Part shown: piece after piece, positions 11,901-24,750 of the stretch | Position numbering within the stretch: position 1 is the first letter of the stretch | Layout of the letters: each line of letters opens with the position of its first letter | Origin: Phaeosaccion multiseriatum | Lineage: Eukaryota > Protista > Ochrophyta, other classes | Assembly: GCA_965112735.1 (NCBI GenBank) | Contig: OZ218954.1 | Location: forward strand, 3,038,001-3,102,000 | Length of the DNA stretch: 64,000 bases | Reading direction: 5' to 3' | Translations under genes and position numbers: made by a program | Notes under the pieces: generated by a model | The model's database searches: none | Told to the model about the DNA's origin: nothing | Seen by the model: the letters and a program-made list of their open reading frames with translations, nothing else

Positions 11901-14851
11901 GCAGCATTGGCACGAAAGGCAGCACGTCCATGGGCTCTGTGACGAGACGGCACATGTTGTCAATCACACGGGCAGCCTTGCGCTGCAGAGAGGTGTTCCG
12001 CTCTCGGAGACACCTGACGGACGAGTTGAGTTAGCAGCGGGGGTGGAGGGAGTGAAGTGAGTGCAGCAAAGTGCAAAGAGGAGTAAAATGAATCGCCCAC
12101 CCACCCACCCACCCACCCACGGGCGCACCCACGCATCCACGCACGCACCAACGCACCATCCACCCCTCAAACTCCCTTACTCACGCCCTGTCCTGCTCCC
12201 CCTTCCCTCCTCCTCCCTCTGCTTACCTGCTGAGCAGGGGCCCAATGATGGCGAGCGTCGCCGCATCCACCGTACTCACAAATGTCGTAGCCAACAGCGC
12301 GTCAAGCGTGCGAGGGATCTCAGGAGGAGCGGCAATGACATTCACAAGCATGTCGGTCAATGGGGTAATGTCGGGGTTGTCGATAATGCCGCAAGCAGCG
12401 GTGAGGCACGCCTTTGCTGCGGCTTTGACCTCAGGTTTGGTGTCCCACATTGCATGACTGACAACGGGAGTGATGTCAGGGAGGGCGGCACTAAGTTGCA
12501 GTGGTGCTGTGGCGGCAAAACTACCAATCTGGAGGAGCGAAGAGGAGTGGGGAGGAGTGGAGAGGGGTGGAGAGGGAGAGGGGAGGAGGGACGGAGGGTG
12601 GGGTGGGGTGCGGGGGGGGTAGGGTGAAGAGAGAGGGGGGGGGGGGGAGGATGGAGGAGGCGGGTGAGTGGATTGAGTGAGGGGAGAGAATATATAAAAG
12701 AGAGAGAAGAGAGACAAAAGAGAGAGACAGGGGGACTAGAACTGAAAACTGGAAACAGTCTGGACACGGACAAAAGATTCAATTGGAGACCACACAGCAC
12801 TATCATCACCATCCAAATACTTAAGGTTAACGTACCAGCTCAAGGGCGGCAACCTTCGTCCTCCACTCCTTGTGGTCCATCACGCCAAAGAGGATGGGCA
12901 GGAGCAGCCGCAGGGCGTGAGGGCACACCACCGCTCCGAGCGTCTTGACGGCCTTGTTGGCGGCCTCTCGTACATCGGGCACCTGTTGGTGTTGGTGATA
13001 CGGTGGTGACAGCAGTGATACAGCAGTTGGTGGTACGTCAGTTGGTGATGCCGTTGTGGGACGGGCAAAGGCAGGACAGGGCAGTTGGGCAGCAAGGTAG
13101 GTGAATACGCAGCAAGGTAGGTAGGGCAGAGGCAGCAGTCCTGCGGCATGATGTCTAAAATATGCTCTCAAGTACTACAACGCGCACCCACCCACCCACC
13201 CACCCACACACACACACACACACATGTAAGTACACACACCTTGTCACCACAAGCCGCGAGCATGAGCGGCAGCAGAGGCACCACGAGCGGTTCCGCCGCC
13301 CTCCCCGACGTCTCCAACTGTGACTGAAGGAGATACAACGCCCCCTCCCTGGCCACCGGAGTGCCCTCATCTTCTAGTGCTTCCTTGACTTCAGCCTCCA
13401 CCCAGGGAGCCTCTGCAGAGGAAGCAGCGAGGCTCTGTGCAATGTCAACAGCAGCCGCGCGACGGGTCTGCGGATGGATTGCAGTGGATGGCGGTGGATG
13501 GTGGTGGATGGGGGTGGGTTCGGAGGAGAGAGAGAGAGAGAGAGAGAGTTGGGGGGGGGGCGAGGCCGAAGGAGTTCGTGGAGCGGACGAGCGGACGAGC
13601 GAGCGTGCGTGTGTGCGTGTGTGTGTGTGCGTGTGTGTGTGTTAAAGAACGGCGATGGGCAAGGTCGCTCCCTACACTGCCTCCACTCCCTCCCTCCACT
13701 TCCTTCGCACCCTCCCTCCCCTCCACTCCCTCTCTACCTGCGGACCCTCCATCCACTCCTTTCATACCCTCCGCACCCTCCGCACCCTCCTCCACTCCCT
13801 CCGTACCATTCGCACCCTTCCTTAGCTCCCTCCGCACCCCTCCTCACTCATTCAACCAACTCACCTTGACACTGCCGGCGCTGGTGAGTGTTGCAAACTT
13901 ATCCGTCAGCAGAGTGAGTCGGTCCCCGTCTCCCATCGCCCTCAGCTCCTCCAGGGACTTGGATGGCAGCCCGAGGGAGGGCCCCGACACGGCCTTGAAT
14001 TGCCCAATCAGCTCCTCCTCCGCCTCCTCCGCCGAAAGCGCCGCTGGCTCGGCAGCCTTGTTACTGTGCGCGTTGGTGGACCCGGCGGAAGAGGAGGCGT
14101 CGTCACCATTTGCCCGACCGCTGCCGAGCTGCTTAACCTCGGGCGCCTTGGAGAGCATGAGCTCCTGTAGCTTCCCCTGCAGCTTCACCAGACCGGCCTT
14201 GCCGTCCGCGCTATTGTCTCCGCCCCCCGTGGCTCCTCCCTCGGCCCCTCCTTGCTGGACCGCCGCCACAGCCTCAGGGTTCTCCAAGAAGGCCTTGAGC
14301 ACCCCTTTGGCCGCGTCCAGCATGCTCATCTGCTGCAGTACCTCTGCAAGTCGAAGCCGCAGGGGGCTGCTGCGGAGGAAGTTGCCTTTCCCCTCCGCAA
14401 TGTCAATCGACTTTTGCAGAGGCTTGACCAAGTCTCCGGACTTGCCGGCCTTCTCGTAGCAGTCGCAGAGCCCCTTCCATGCCTGCGGGTTGTTGGGCAT
14501 AGTCTGCGTGGCTCGAGTAAACAAGTCCTCCCCAGTACTGAGGTTGTTGCCTGGTGCTTCCAAGCTCGCCCGCCCGCCGGTCATGAGCACCTGATACAAC
14601 ACTTTCTTGTCCTCCAGCACGGGGGAGCCCTTGTGGTCCTTGAGCAGCTTCTTCACCAGCGTCATGGCCAAGGTGCTGTCCCCAGTCTGCACGGCCAGCC
14701 GCACGGTACCCATGTCTTTGTCAAACTTCTGCTGCGGAGTGGGCGGGGGAGGCGGGGCGGAGGTTGGCGCTTGCCGTCGCTCTCCACCAGGGCCGTTCAG
14801 GCTCTTGGCGCTCCGTGTCGCGACGGCCCGAGCCATAGCTTTCGAGTTCAT
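7736..14851 (-). CDS. Elongation factor 3 (eEF3/New1)-like ABC-F ATPase with HEAT repeats, two ABC domains, chromodomain insertion and an extra N-terminal TPR region; about 12 exons
   Basis: HEAT motifs [17 protein letters not shown] and [22 protein letters not shown]. eEF3 signature [17 protein letters not shown]...[30 protein letters not shown]1 [16 protein letters not shown]...[11 protein letters not shown]; ABC2 [19 protein letters not shown], chromodomain [28 protein letters not shown]...[10 protein letters not shown]. The first exon 14851-13865 joins in phase 0 to the exon starting at 13467. Confidence 0.9.
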
Positions 14852-15282
14852 GGTCTCCTGTGCGGAGGCAGGTAGGTACGTCGACGAAACGGGCTGGGCC
14901 CCTTCGATCTGTTTGCTTCCGCTGCTGCCCCTTTCTGCTTCTGTTCGTTCTCTTCCAGCTGCCTTCTTCTTTACAAGGATTTGGCTCTTCCTTCCTGCTT
15001 GAATTTGGGGCTGCGTCCTCTTTCCACCTCTCTTTATTGCTGGCCGCGCAAACAGCCTTCTCCAACGTCACCGGGCACTCAAACTCAATTTTTCATTGAC
15101 TTACAAATTTCCCTCTTATCTATTTTTCGATAATTTGCTTTTTTCTTCCCCCCCCCCCCTTCTGGTTCTCCCTCTCCCTCCCTCTCTCCTCCCTCTCCCT
15201 CTCCCTCTCCCTCTCCCTCTCCCTCTCTTACCTCCCTTGCTCTCTTCTCTCTCATCTCCCTCTTTCCTCGTCTCTTTCTTCT

Positions 15283-16260
15283 ATGAGGGAGTGCATCACG
15301 TACTGTCTTCGAAGCGCCTTGTACGTCGCAGTCACGAATAGATGCAACACGACTACGCTTCCCTGCACGAGAGGTCCGAGCTTTGCCATGCCTGACTTCT
15401 TTAGGCCTCTGTCCTACGAGCCCTCTGCGAGTGAGATCAAAAAGTGTGTGTTGGAGGAGGTGAGGACGCCTACGCTGCTGAAGAGGTAAGCTTCGGAACG
15501 TGGGGAGACATTACCTGGAGGAAGGAGGGCTTCCGTTGAGAGAGAGAGGCTGAGGAAGCCGTGCTCTCTCACTCTGTCTGTCTGTCTGTCTGTCTGTCTG
15601 AGTCTGCCTGTGTGTGAGTGTGTGTACGTACGTGTGTGTATCTGTCCATCGCCGCCTGGCCCCCTTCTTTCCCGCTGACCACTTTCTCTCTGATATTTGC
15701 TGCTTGCTATCAGTGGGGGGAAGGATGCCAGGTACACAGAAGTAGTGTTCGCCGGCCTAGGGGAGCCACTACTCCGCTGGCCTGTTGTGAAGGACGTGGC
15801 CATGGCGATACGAGAAGAGTATGGTAGCAGCAGGAGCAGCAGCAGCAGTAGTAGCAACAGCAGTGCCCCACTGCCACTGAGGCTAACCACCAACGGCATC
15901 GGGAGTCTCGCCCCTGATGCCGACACGCCGCTAAGCGTGGTAGCCATGGCCCAAGAGGTAGGCAATAGCGTCACAATGCCGTTACTCTGATCGAGGCTGA
16001 GGAGGGTGCACCACATGGTGATCCAGACTTCCTTCGTCCCTCCCCCCCCCCCTCCGTCCCTCCCCTCCCTCCCTCCCTCCCTCAGGTGTCGGAGCTTTTC
16101 GACTCCGTAGCTGTAGCCTTAAACACGGCCGATGCCGCTCAGTACGCTGCTCTGATGGAGCCATCCCTACACACCATGTGGGGACTCTCGCCGCTCCAGG
16201 CCCACAGCCAGGTGCTGAGCTTCCTTCGCGCCTGTTGTGAGGCGTCATCAGCACCATTAC

Positions 16261-16300
<40 letters not shown>

Positions 16301-16484
16301 GTTGTCATCGTCGCCAAATGAAGGTGGTGGGCGAGGAGGTCTCGAAGGTGGTTTCCAGGTACAGGCGACAGCGGTGGAGGCCCCCGGGGTGGACATTGGC
16401 CTTGTGCGGGCGGCACTGAGAGAGCTCGAGGAGAGAGGGGCGGGGCGGAGAGTGGAGCTGCGGACCAGATCCTATCATCCTTAG
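15283..16484 (+). CDS. Homolog of bacterial TatD-associated radical SAM protein with a degenerate Cys motif; exons 15283-15485, 15732-15957, 16086-16484
   Basis: ITYCLRSALYVAVTNRCNTTTLPC...EPSASEI...YTEVVFAGLGEPLLR...LRLTTNG...DSVAVALNTADAAQY...ATAVEAPGVD...RTRSY parallels the family pattern (LYLNITNRC, EVVFCGYGEPLLR, SVSLNA). Confidence 0.75.
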
Positions 16485-17005
16485 AGAGAGAGAGTGAGAG
16501 AGCCAAGAGCTTTAAAGAGGGAGCCGGACAGGACACTCAGGGCAGATGCTGCGAGTGAGGAAAGACAGCACCACAGCGGCTGACCGTAGCGGGCGGGAGG
16601 AGCGGAACAGCCGCGGCTGGGGCGGGAACTGGGCAGGCGTGGGGAGCCATCCAGCCGCCGCTCTCTTCAAAGCAGACGCGTGGAGCCGCTTTGAAGCGAG
16701 GGCCTTTTTTTGCTTCCACGTCGACGGCTCTGACCTTCATAGCAAAGGATGGTGACCAAACGTGCGACCAGTGGGGGAAGTGGAGGGAGAATCACGAATC
16801 TGCCGTCTCTTTCATCGCCAGCACACAGAGGCCCCGACCACCACCGGCAAGAGCAGAGGAGGGACGAGAGTACGTTCGGTCCGATCAGAGATCCTGCTGA
16901 CCGACCAGAGATCCTGCCGACCAAGGCCCACGCCATCAGAGGCGAAGGCTTTTTGCTCCGCCTGTGCTTGGTCTTGTTCTCCTCTCCATCGACCGCTCTT
17001 CCTGG

Positions 17006-17450
17006 TCACGGCCACGGCTCATCCTCTGGCGGAGGGTTTTTTTTATACTCTTTGGTCATGAAATCCCTGACTACCCAATCACTGTCCACCCCGTCCACTT
17101 GTGCACCCCCTGAGATCAGCTGCTGCACCACTGCATGATGTCCCCCCTTAGAGGCGTCGAAACAACACCGTATCACCATCACTGTCAAGGAAGTCCACGC
17201 TGGCACCGGCGGAGAGCAGCTTGTGCACCACCACAATGGCCCCTCGATGGCCCCCACAGTGGAGGCCATCATGAGAGCCGTAGATCCGTCTCGCTCGCTG
17301 CTGATGGAAGTCGCCACCAGCAGAGAGGAGCTGTTGCACAACAGCAGCATCTTCCGTAGCACAGGCAGCATGCAAAGCAGCATGCAAAGGAGTCGAGCCG
17401 TCTGGAGGACGTGCAGCATTTGGCGACGCCCCCTCTTGCAGCAAAAGAGC
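17006..17450 (-). pseudogene. Frameshifted ankyrin-repeat gene remnant
   Basis: Ankyrin motifs alternate between two frames: DGSTPLHAA..VVQQLLSAGGD / DGSTALMMAS / VVHKLLSAGASVDFLDSDGDTVL / ASKGGHHAVVQQLISGGAQVD. This needs about 3 frameshifts with no intervening introns. Confidence 0.7.
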
Positions 17451-17925
17451 AATGGACTAAGAGGCGTTGGTGACCAGATGGCCTCCCATGAAAAACAACA
17501 CAATGAATTCAGGATTTTTTTTACAACTCCGTTGCCTCGATACGGCGGGCTCGCAGGCCCAGCCCCTGGCGCTTTCGGTTGTAGGCCGCTTCTGGCTTGT
17601 GCTTATCGGGGGGCAGAGAAAGTGCCTGGAGGCAAGGGGTCAAAGGGGGGGGATGCAAATGGAAGGAGCCAGCGCACATTTTTTGGTCGGAAACCATCAA
17701 AAAAATGTTTGGGATCAGGCCCACTCTTGGTCCCCTTCCTTCCCTCCCATTGTGTGTCTTCTTCTCTGAGCCCCCCCCCACCTGGCTGCAACCTGTTGAG
17801 TAACCATAACAGTACATTATGAAGCTCTTCCGGGCATCAGAGTAGCTTCTACGGCCTCGTGCGCGGTTGTTCCTGCTTTGGGGGGGTCTGACACGGGGAA
17901 GCTCGCGTGCAGGCAGCAGCACAGC

Positions 17926-19617
17926 ATGGGGAATGAAGAGGATGAGAATGCACCCTTGGCCTTCCTTCTCGTGACATGTGCGGGTCTGTCCACCTGCCTG
18001 GGGGCAGCGTTTGTGTTCGAGCCACGCTTGGTGAGTGACTCTGGTTTCGGCAGGGTTATTGGACAGCAGAGAGATATATTGTCAATATGGATTATATTCC
18101 ATCCAATCGGCTGCGCATGTCACGGGCACGTGTAGGACGCCCCGCATTATGCTATATAGGGCTCTCTTGCAAAGTCCTGGCTCAGCACTCAGGGCTCAGC
18201 GCTTAGCGCCCTGCCGATATCCCCTGCCACTGGAAAAGATGTCCGCCTCCTCCTCCTTCCCCCCTCCCTCTTTCCAGACTTCCTACCCTGACTTTCACTC
18301 CTCCTCATCCTCCGCTACGACTTGGTTATACAATGCAACAACCAGGTGCGACTGGCAAGTAAAAAGTTCCTGGCAGGGTCCTTGGGCCTCTCGTCAGGCG
18401 TCATGCTCTACGTCTCTTTTGTCGAGATTTTGGTGAAAGGGCAGGGGGCGTTTGAAAACGCCGGCCACTCGGAGAAGGATGCGTACACTTTCGCCACGCT
18501 CGGCTTCTTTGGCGGCGTGGCTTTTTACAAACTCATCGGCCTGGTAGTACACGTCTTGGCCGGGGAGAGCCACAGCCACGACGCTCCTTTAGAGCTGCTC
18601 GATCTGACCTCAGGGGAGGTGGTTACGTCGGCAGCGCAGCAAGTAGAGGGGCAGCAGCACGCCCGTGACAAGGGAACGTCCCCCCCCGCGGTGGTGATGG
18701 AGATGCACCACGACAACCTTGCCGTCACCGGCAACCTTACCAATCTGTCACTGCAGCTCGTGGGGGAGAGGGAACGAGTGCAGGCCGCCCACAATGCTCG
18801 TGTGATGAGTAGGAAGCATGGCGGCGGCTATGGCATTGGCACTGCAAATGCAACGGGTACTGCTACTGGTGCGCCCTACCACTCTACCTCGGTTGTTGGT
18901 GCCGAGGAGGACTTCCGGGTGGAGGAGGAGGAGGAGGCGGAGAGGAAGGATACTTCTTCCCATCCTCGACAAGCAGCGATGGTAGAGGAGGGGGAAGTAG
19001 TGGGTAGTAGTAAAGGTATTGGAGGAGGAGGAGGAGGGGCTGAGATGGAGTCGGGCACGCAATTGGGGCGGCCGTCAGGCAGTCATCAGTCGGACACGGC
19101 TTCGTCCACAGATACCACAGACGACAACAGCTCTCTACAAACCGCGGACGGCGACGACAAGCGGCTCGTCAAAATGGGGCTCATGACGGCGGTCGCCATT
19201 GGCATTCACAACTTCCCAGAAGGGCTCGCTACCTTCATTGCGGCGCTGACGGACCCCAGTGTAGGGGTGGCGTTGGCAGTGGCCATTGCGATTCACAACA
19301 TTCCCGAGGGGTTGTGTGTAGCAATTCCGGTGTTTTACGCCACGGGCAACCGGTGGAAGGCCTTTGGTTGGGCGCTGTTGAGTGGCGTGAGCGAGCCCAT
19401 CGGTGCGGGGCTAGGGTGGCTTGTGCTACGCAATCACATGAGCGAAACGGTGTACGGGCTCATGTTCTCGCTGGTGGGAGGGATGATGACGACGATTGTC
19501 GTGCAGGAGCTGCTCCCCACCGCGGTGCGGTACGACCCACAGGACAAGGTGGTGACCAACTGCTTTATTGTCGGTATGGCTATCATGGCCCTCAGCCTCG
19601 TGCTCTTTTTGTATTGA
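17926..19617 (+). CDS. zupT: ZIP-family (ZupT/GufA) zinc/iron transporter; exons 17926-18030, 18346-19617
   Basis: AGLSTCLGAA, SLGLSSGVMLYVSFVEIL, AIGIHNFPEGLATF, AIAIHNIPEGLCVAIPV, SGVSEPIGA and ELLPTA are ZupT signatures. Confidence 0.93.
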
Positions 19618-20469
19618 GCAGTTGGTGATACACCCGCCTTGTTGGGCAGGTGGTGATACAGCAAGAGCAGGATTGCTCTTTGTCTTGTTGGTTTACGAGG
19701 TGGAGTAGGGGGGGAGGGTAGGAGGGAGGAGAGGAGAGGAGAGGAGAGGAGAGGAGGGCCGTGGGTGGTGGTGTGGCCATTCGTCGGCCCGTACGCTTTC
19801 AGAGAGAGTCAGATGCACCAAGAAGGCTATCCGGGACAGGGAAGGGTGTCCGTATGTGGTAAGAAGGTGGTGTGCACAAGTCTGATGTATGATGTACGCC
19901 CTCATTGATCGATCAAGGGAGACCGCACAACATGCATTACACAACCCCATCTATGTACTTCCGGCGGGGGGGGGGGGGGGTTATTTATCAAGAGGGACAT
20001 ACGTCTTGTTATTTCGATTTGTTTTTTTTTATGAATCATCGCAGTGTTTTTATGGCGGCATATAGTTTATTTATTTACCTGAGTACTCGCACTTCTTCTG
20101 CTCAGTTTTCTCTCTTTTTTTCTATTGTATCTTAATGCTGCAAGAGATAGAGATGCGGCCTGTGCTACAGCACTTGGTGATACGGCAGAGGCATCAACAG
20201 CAAAAGGCACACGCACCTTCCTTCCTTCCTTCCTTCCTTCCTATCTCTGGAATAACCCCACACCTTCTCCTCTTAATGCTACCCACCCACCCCATCCCCG
20301 ACCACGACCCACTCTCAGTAACATACATGCATCACACCTTTGGTATACGACACTTTGGCTCCTCCCCTCCCGGACCGGAGGAGAGCAGCCCCCGAGTCCC
20401 GAGCTACCTTATACTTCTATATGTACTTACAACATAACAACACAGAAAAAAAGTATAAAAAGCGTTTGC

Positions 20470-23352
20470 TCACAACAAGTCTACTTTGTCATCTACGAGG
20501 GCCTTGGTCTCTTCTGTCACCGTACCACCACCTGCTGCTGCGGCGGCTGCTGCCGCTGCTGCTGTGTCACCAACTGTTGTGGCTGTATCACCAACTGCCC
20601 CCCCTCCCCCCCCCCCCTCCCCCTTCACATTGAGATCTCCGAGCTTGGCCTTGATTTGTTCCGTCAAGCCCCTGACATCGAAAATGTCACCCGCTATCCT
20701 CTCCATCTGGACAAAAGTCACAAACTCCTCCACCCTACCATCCTCACCCCTTCCCACACCCGCACCAGCACCACCGACCGCAACATCGCCAGCAGCAGCA
20801 GTAGCAGTTGGTGATACAGCAGCGGCTGCCGTCTTGGAGGCGATGCTGAAGAAGTGGAACACCACCACCGCTCTGTCCCCCCTTGCCCCTCCGTCACTCT
20901 CCATGCCGCTGTTGGACCAAGGCCACACGGCCGTTGCCTTCCACTCGTCCACCTTCGTCTTGACGACCGCACCCATCTCCTCGCACAACGCACTCAGCCT
21001 CTCCAAGGTCGTGGTCGCGTCGGGGTCAAACAGATACATGGCATTGTGCTGCGTAAAGCCAAAGCCCAAGTCGCCAGTGGCAGCCACGCCCCCTCCGCTC
21101 TCGCTGCTGCTGCTCCTACCAAGACGAGGCGGAACCCTCACCCCTCCTCCTCCTCCTCCTCCTCCTTCTCCTCCCCCTTCTGCGCCGGGGGCGGCAGCAG
21201 ACCGTTGCGTGCCGGCTGTGAAGGGAGTGACCCCTCCGGTCCTGGCTCTTGCTGCTGCTTGCTTCTTGCGCTTGTCAAGCTCGACCTGCCTCTCTGCTGC
21301 CTTCTGCCTGTCCATGGCCGCCGTGCGCGTGGACACCTTTGTTCAGGAAGTCAACGGATTTCGTTTTTTAAGTACCAAGGAATAAAGGAAAATGTACATT
21401 ATCCTCCCCCCCCCCCCTCCCCACCCCCCCACCACATCCACTGCCATCTCACCCTCTCACACCCGCACACTCTTCTTCATCTTCTTACCTCTGCATACAG
21501 CTCGGCAGCGGTCATGACCGCCTCCTCCTTCATCCAGGGGTGCTGCGCCACCTCCTCCACGCTCAGCCGCTCCGTTGGGTCTACCTTGAAGAGTGAGTCA
21601 ATGAGATGTTTGGCCTCTCTGGGAAACTCCGGGCACACGCGCTCGTGGGCCTCCCAAAACTTGTCGTTTCGTCTCAGCATGAGGGCCTGTTGTATATATA
21701 TATCGGAATGATTGTTTTGTTTTGAAGAAGATGGAAAGAGTAGGGGCAGGGTCAGTGTCGTATGGTTCGATGCACAGCAAGAGGAAAGGTATCACACACA
21801 CATGTAAATTATCGGTCTATAACACACATATATATATATATATATATGTAAGTATATATACGAGAACGAGAATCTCTACACACGGCACGGACAGATGGCA
21901 GGTAACAGATGACATATGATAGAGATGGTGTCCACCGAACGTACCTTGTACCACCAATCGCTGGAGTCTGCCGTTCGCATGGGCGGGCTGCCTGCGAGCA
22001 TGATAAACAACACCTGCACGACCAAGAGAGAGCACCGGCGGGGGGGGGTAGGACAGGCAACAAAGAGAGAGGGAGAGAGGAGAGGAGAAAACACAGGGGG
22101 GGGCGGGGGACAAGAGGCGGTAAGAGACAGGGACGCACACTCAGGCACTCACCCACTCACACTCACCCACTCATCCAGCCCCCCCCCCCACCCCCCCACA
22201 TCTCCTCATCCACTCCCCCATCCCTACCCACTCACCACACCGATGGACCATGCATCCGCCTTTCCTCCGCCGTAGTGCTGCTGCTGCATGACTTCGGGCG
22301 CCATGTAGCTTTTGGTACCGCAGTACGTCTTGCAAACGTCGGTGCCGTCCTGGTGCACGGCAGAGAGGCCAAAGTCAGCGAGCTTGAGCTGGAACTTGTC
22401 GTCCAGGAGAATGTTCTCCGGCTTTGGGCGGGGGGGGGGGGGGAGAGGGGAGGGAGGAAGGGGGGCAGGCAGGGAGGGAGGGAGTGCATAAGCTGTTGAG
22501 ACAAGGCGCAGGGGTGGGGGGCGGGGTCCAAATAACAACAACCTGATGGTTCCGCTAGCTCGCTCGCTGTCACTCACTCCCCCACTCTTCCCCTGCCCCC
22601 CACTCCTCTCCCATCCTCCACCCACGCTCTCACCCCCCCCCCCAAATCCATCCCTTAACTCCCTCACCCACCTTAATGTCTCGATGGTACACCCCGAGTC
22701 GGTGGCATGCCTGCAGGGCAGAGACAAGCTGAGCGAAGTAGGTTCGGGCCAGGGCAGGGGCAAACGGGCCCGTATAGAGCATGAGGTCAAAAATCTCCCC
22801 ACCCCCCGCGAGGTCCAGCACCATCACCCAGCACGTCGTGCTGCCCCTCCTGCCACTTCCGTCTTCGGCGCTCGTGGCGAGGATGGCGTCGTCCACGCAC
22901 TCTCTTAGGCGCAGGATGTTGGGGTGAGTGTTGACGGCTCGCAAGGCAAACACTTCCTTTCGAATCTGCGCAAGGGCGCGGGCGCTCATGACGGACGTGT
23001 CAATCACCTTAAGCGCCACCTTCTCGCCCGTCACGGCATGCACCCCGAGCTTCACCGTCGCCTGCATGCCCTTTCCAAGAGTGCGCTTCACATGATACGG
23101 GCCAAAGTGCAACTTCCCCTCCTTCAATAGGAAGGTGCGTGACACGGGTGAGTCGAAGTCACCACTCCTTTCTACTTCTGGCGCCCCTGCTGCTGGTGCT
23201 GTGGATAGCTCCGCTGATCCCCCGTTCTCAATGATGGTACTCTCTTCCATCGGGTCTAGCTTCATCACACCCGTCTCTGTGCTCTTCATCGTCAACATCA
23301 CATCGGTCGTCCCAGCCGGAGCCACATCGTTTCCCGACCCACAGCAAAACAT
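20470..23352 (-). CDS. Ser/Thr protein kinase, CAMK group (SNF1/CIPK/MARK-like) with a probable C-terminal KA1-like region; exons 23352-22672, 22421-22236, 22013-21945, 21686-21489, 21336-20470
   Basis: LGKGMQATVK, VALKVI, HPNILRL, HRDIK|PENILL, KLADFGLS, CGTKSYMAPE, ADAWSIGV, DPTERLSVEEVAQHPW. Confidence 0.92.
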
Positions 23353-23712
23353 GGTTGTGGAGAAGAATGGACAGCAGCAGCCGAGGAGGTTGAATACATA
23401 TGCTCGAAAAGCGGAGCTAGGGGCAAGGAGGGTTGAGGAGGGGGGGGTAAGGAAGAAGTTACGAGGGCCCCCTCGTAAAAGCGTGCTGCCTAAGAGTAAA
23501 ATCAAATTCTTCATCGGGATATCGGTGTTCTTCGATGGCACGTGAGCTCGTCGCGATATCTCGTCGCCCCCGTGCACGCCTAGCGGCCTAGGCCTATTTT
23601 GGAAAATTGCTCGGCCTAGCGAGGACCGTAGGCCCTCGGCCTATTTATAGGCCCGCGGCCTAGGGCAGACGCCAACTAGGCGCAGGTCCAGGGCGGGAAT
23701 ATGCTCATATGC

Positions 23713-24118
23713 TCGACCCCTGACACGCTATCCGCTAACGCTATCGCCGGCGCCAGCCGGCACGCTATCCGCTATCTCCGGCGCGCTATCCGCTATCGCC
23801 GGCGCAGCCGGCTCGCTATCCGCTATCGCCGGCGCGCAGCCGGCTCGCTATCCGCTATCGCCGGCGCGCAGCCGGCTCGCTATCCGCTATCGCCGGCGCC
23901 AGCCGGCGCGCTATCCGCTATCGCCAGCGTCAGCTGCTACCGCACCGGGGGGGGGGGGGGGGGGGAGCTGACGCCAGCCGGCGCGCTATCCGCTATCGGC
24001 CGGCGCCAGCCGGCACGCTATCCGCTATCGGCCGGCGCCAGCCGGCACGCTATCCGCTATTGGTCGGCGGCCGATAGCGCGCTATCGAGAATGTGAGCGA
24101 TAGCGTGTCAGGGGTCGA
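23713..24118. mobile_element. Nested MITE with 20 bp TIR (tcgacccctgacacgctatc), 6 bp TSD ATATGC and internal cgctatc/gccggc repeat array
   Basis: TIRs at 23713-23732 and 24099-24118; ATATGC at 23707-23712 and 24119-24124. Confidence 0.85.
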
Positions 24119-24750
24119 ATATGCCCTTGGGCTGGCCCGGAACCCGCCCAAGTGTCGTCAGTTTTAAGCAAATGTATTGCATGGGATAAGTGAGGAGTAG
24201 CTAGACTTGGTTCGTGTTGTCTCTTTCCGCCTCGCTGGCCCTACGAGGAGTGCAGGCCTACAGGTGTGCTGCTACCCGCCCACTGGCTGGGCGGCACCAC
24301 GCACGCGCCCACGGTCACTGGGAGGCTGCCTAGAGGGGGGGGGGGGGGGAGCTGACGCCAGCCGGCGCGCTATCCGCTATCGGCCGGCGCCAGCCGGCAC
24401 GCTATCCGCTATCGGCCGGCGCCAGCCGGCACGCTATCCGCTATTGGTCGGCGGCCGATAGCGCGCTATCGGGCCCGCCGGGGCGCGATAGCGCGCTATC
24501 GAGAATGTGAGCGATAGCGTGTCAGGGGTCGAATATGCCCTTGGGCTGGCCCGGAACCCGCCCAAGTGTCGTCAGTTTTAAGCAAATGTATTGCATGGGA
24601 TAAGTGAGGAGTAGCTAGACTTGGTTCGTGTTGTCTCTTTCCGCCTCGCTGGCCCTACGAGGAGTGCAGGCCTACAGGTGTGCTGCTACCCGCCCACTGG
24701 CTGGGCGGCACCACGCACGCGCCCACGGTCACTGGGAGGCTGCCTAGAGG
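23947..24750. repeat. Near-perfect tandem duplication (~390 and ~415 bp copies) joined at a poly-G run
   Basis: 23947-24336 is repeated at ~24335-24750; the second copy has a 30 bp extra segment at ~24471-24500. Confidence 0.9.

Noticed and set aside
13437-14459. 340 aa plus-strand ORF and similar antisense ORFs (for example 20486-21385)
   Set aside because: Shadow ORFs opposite GC-rich real exons.
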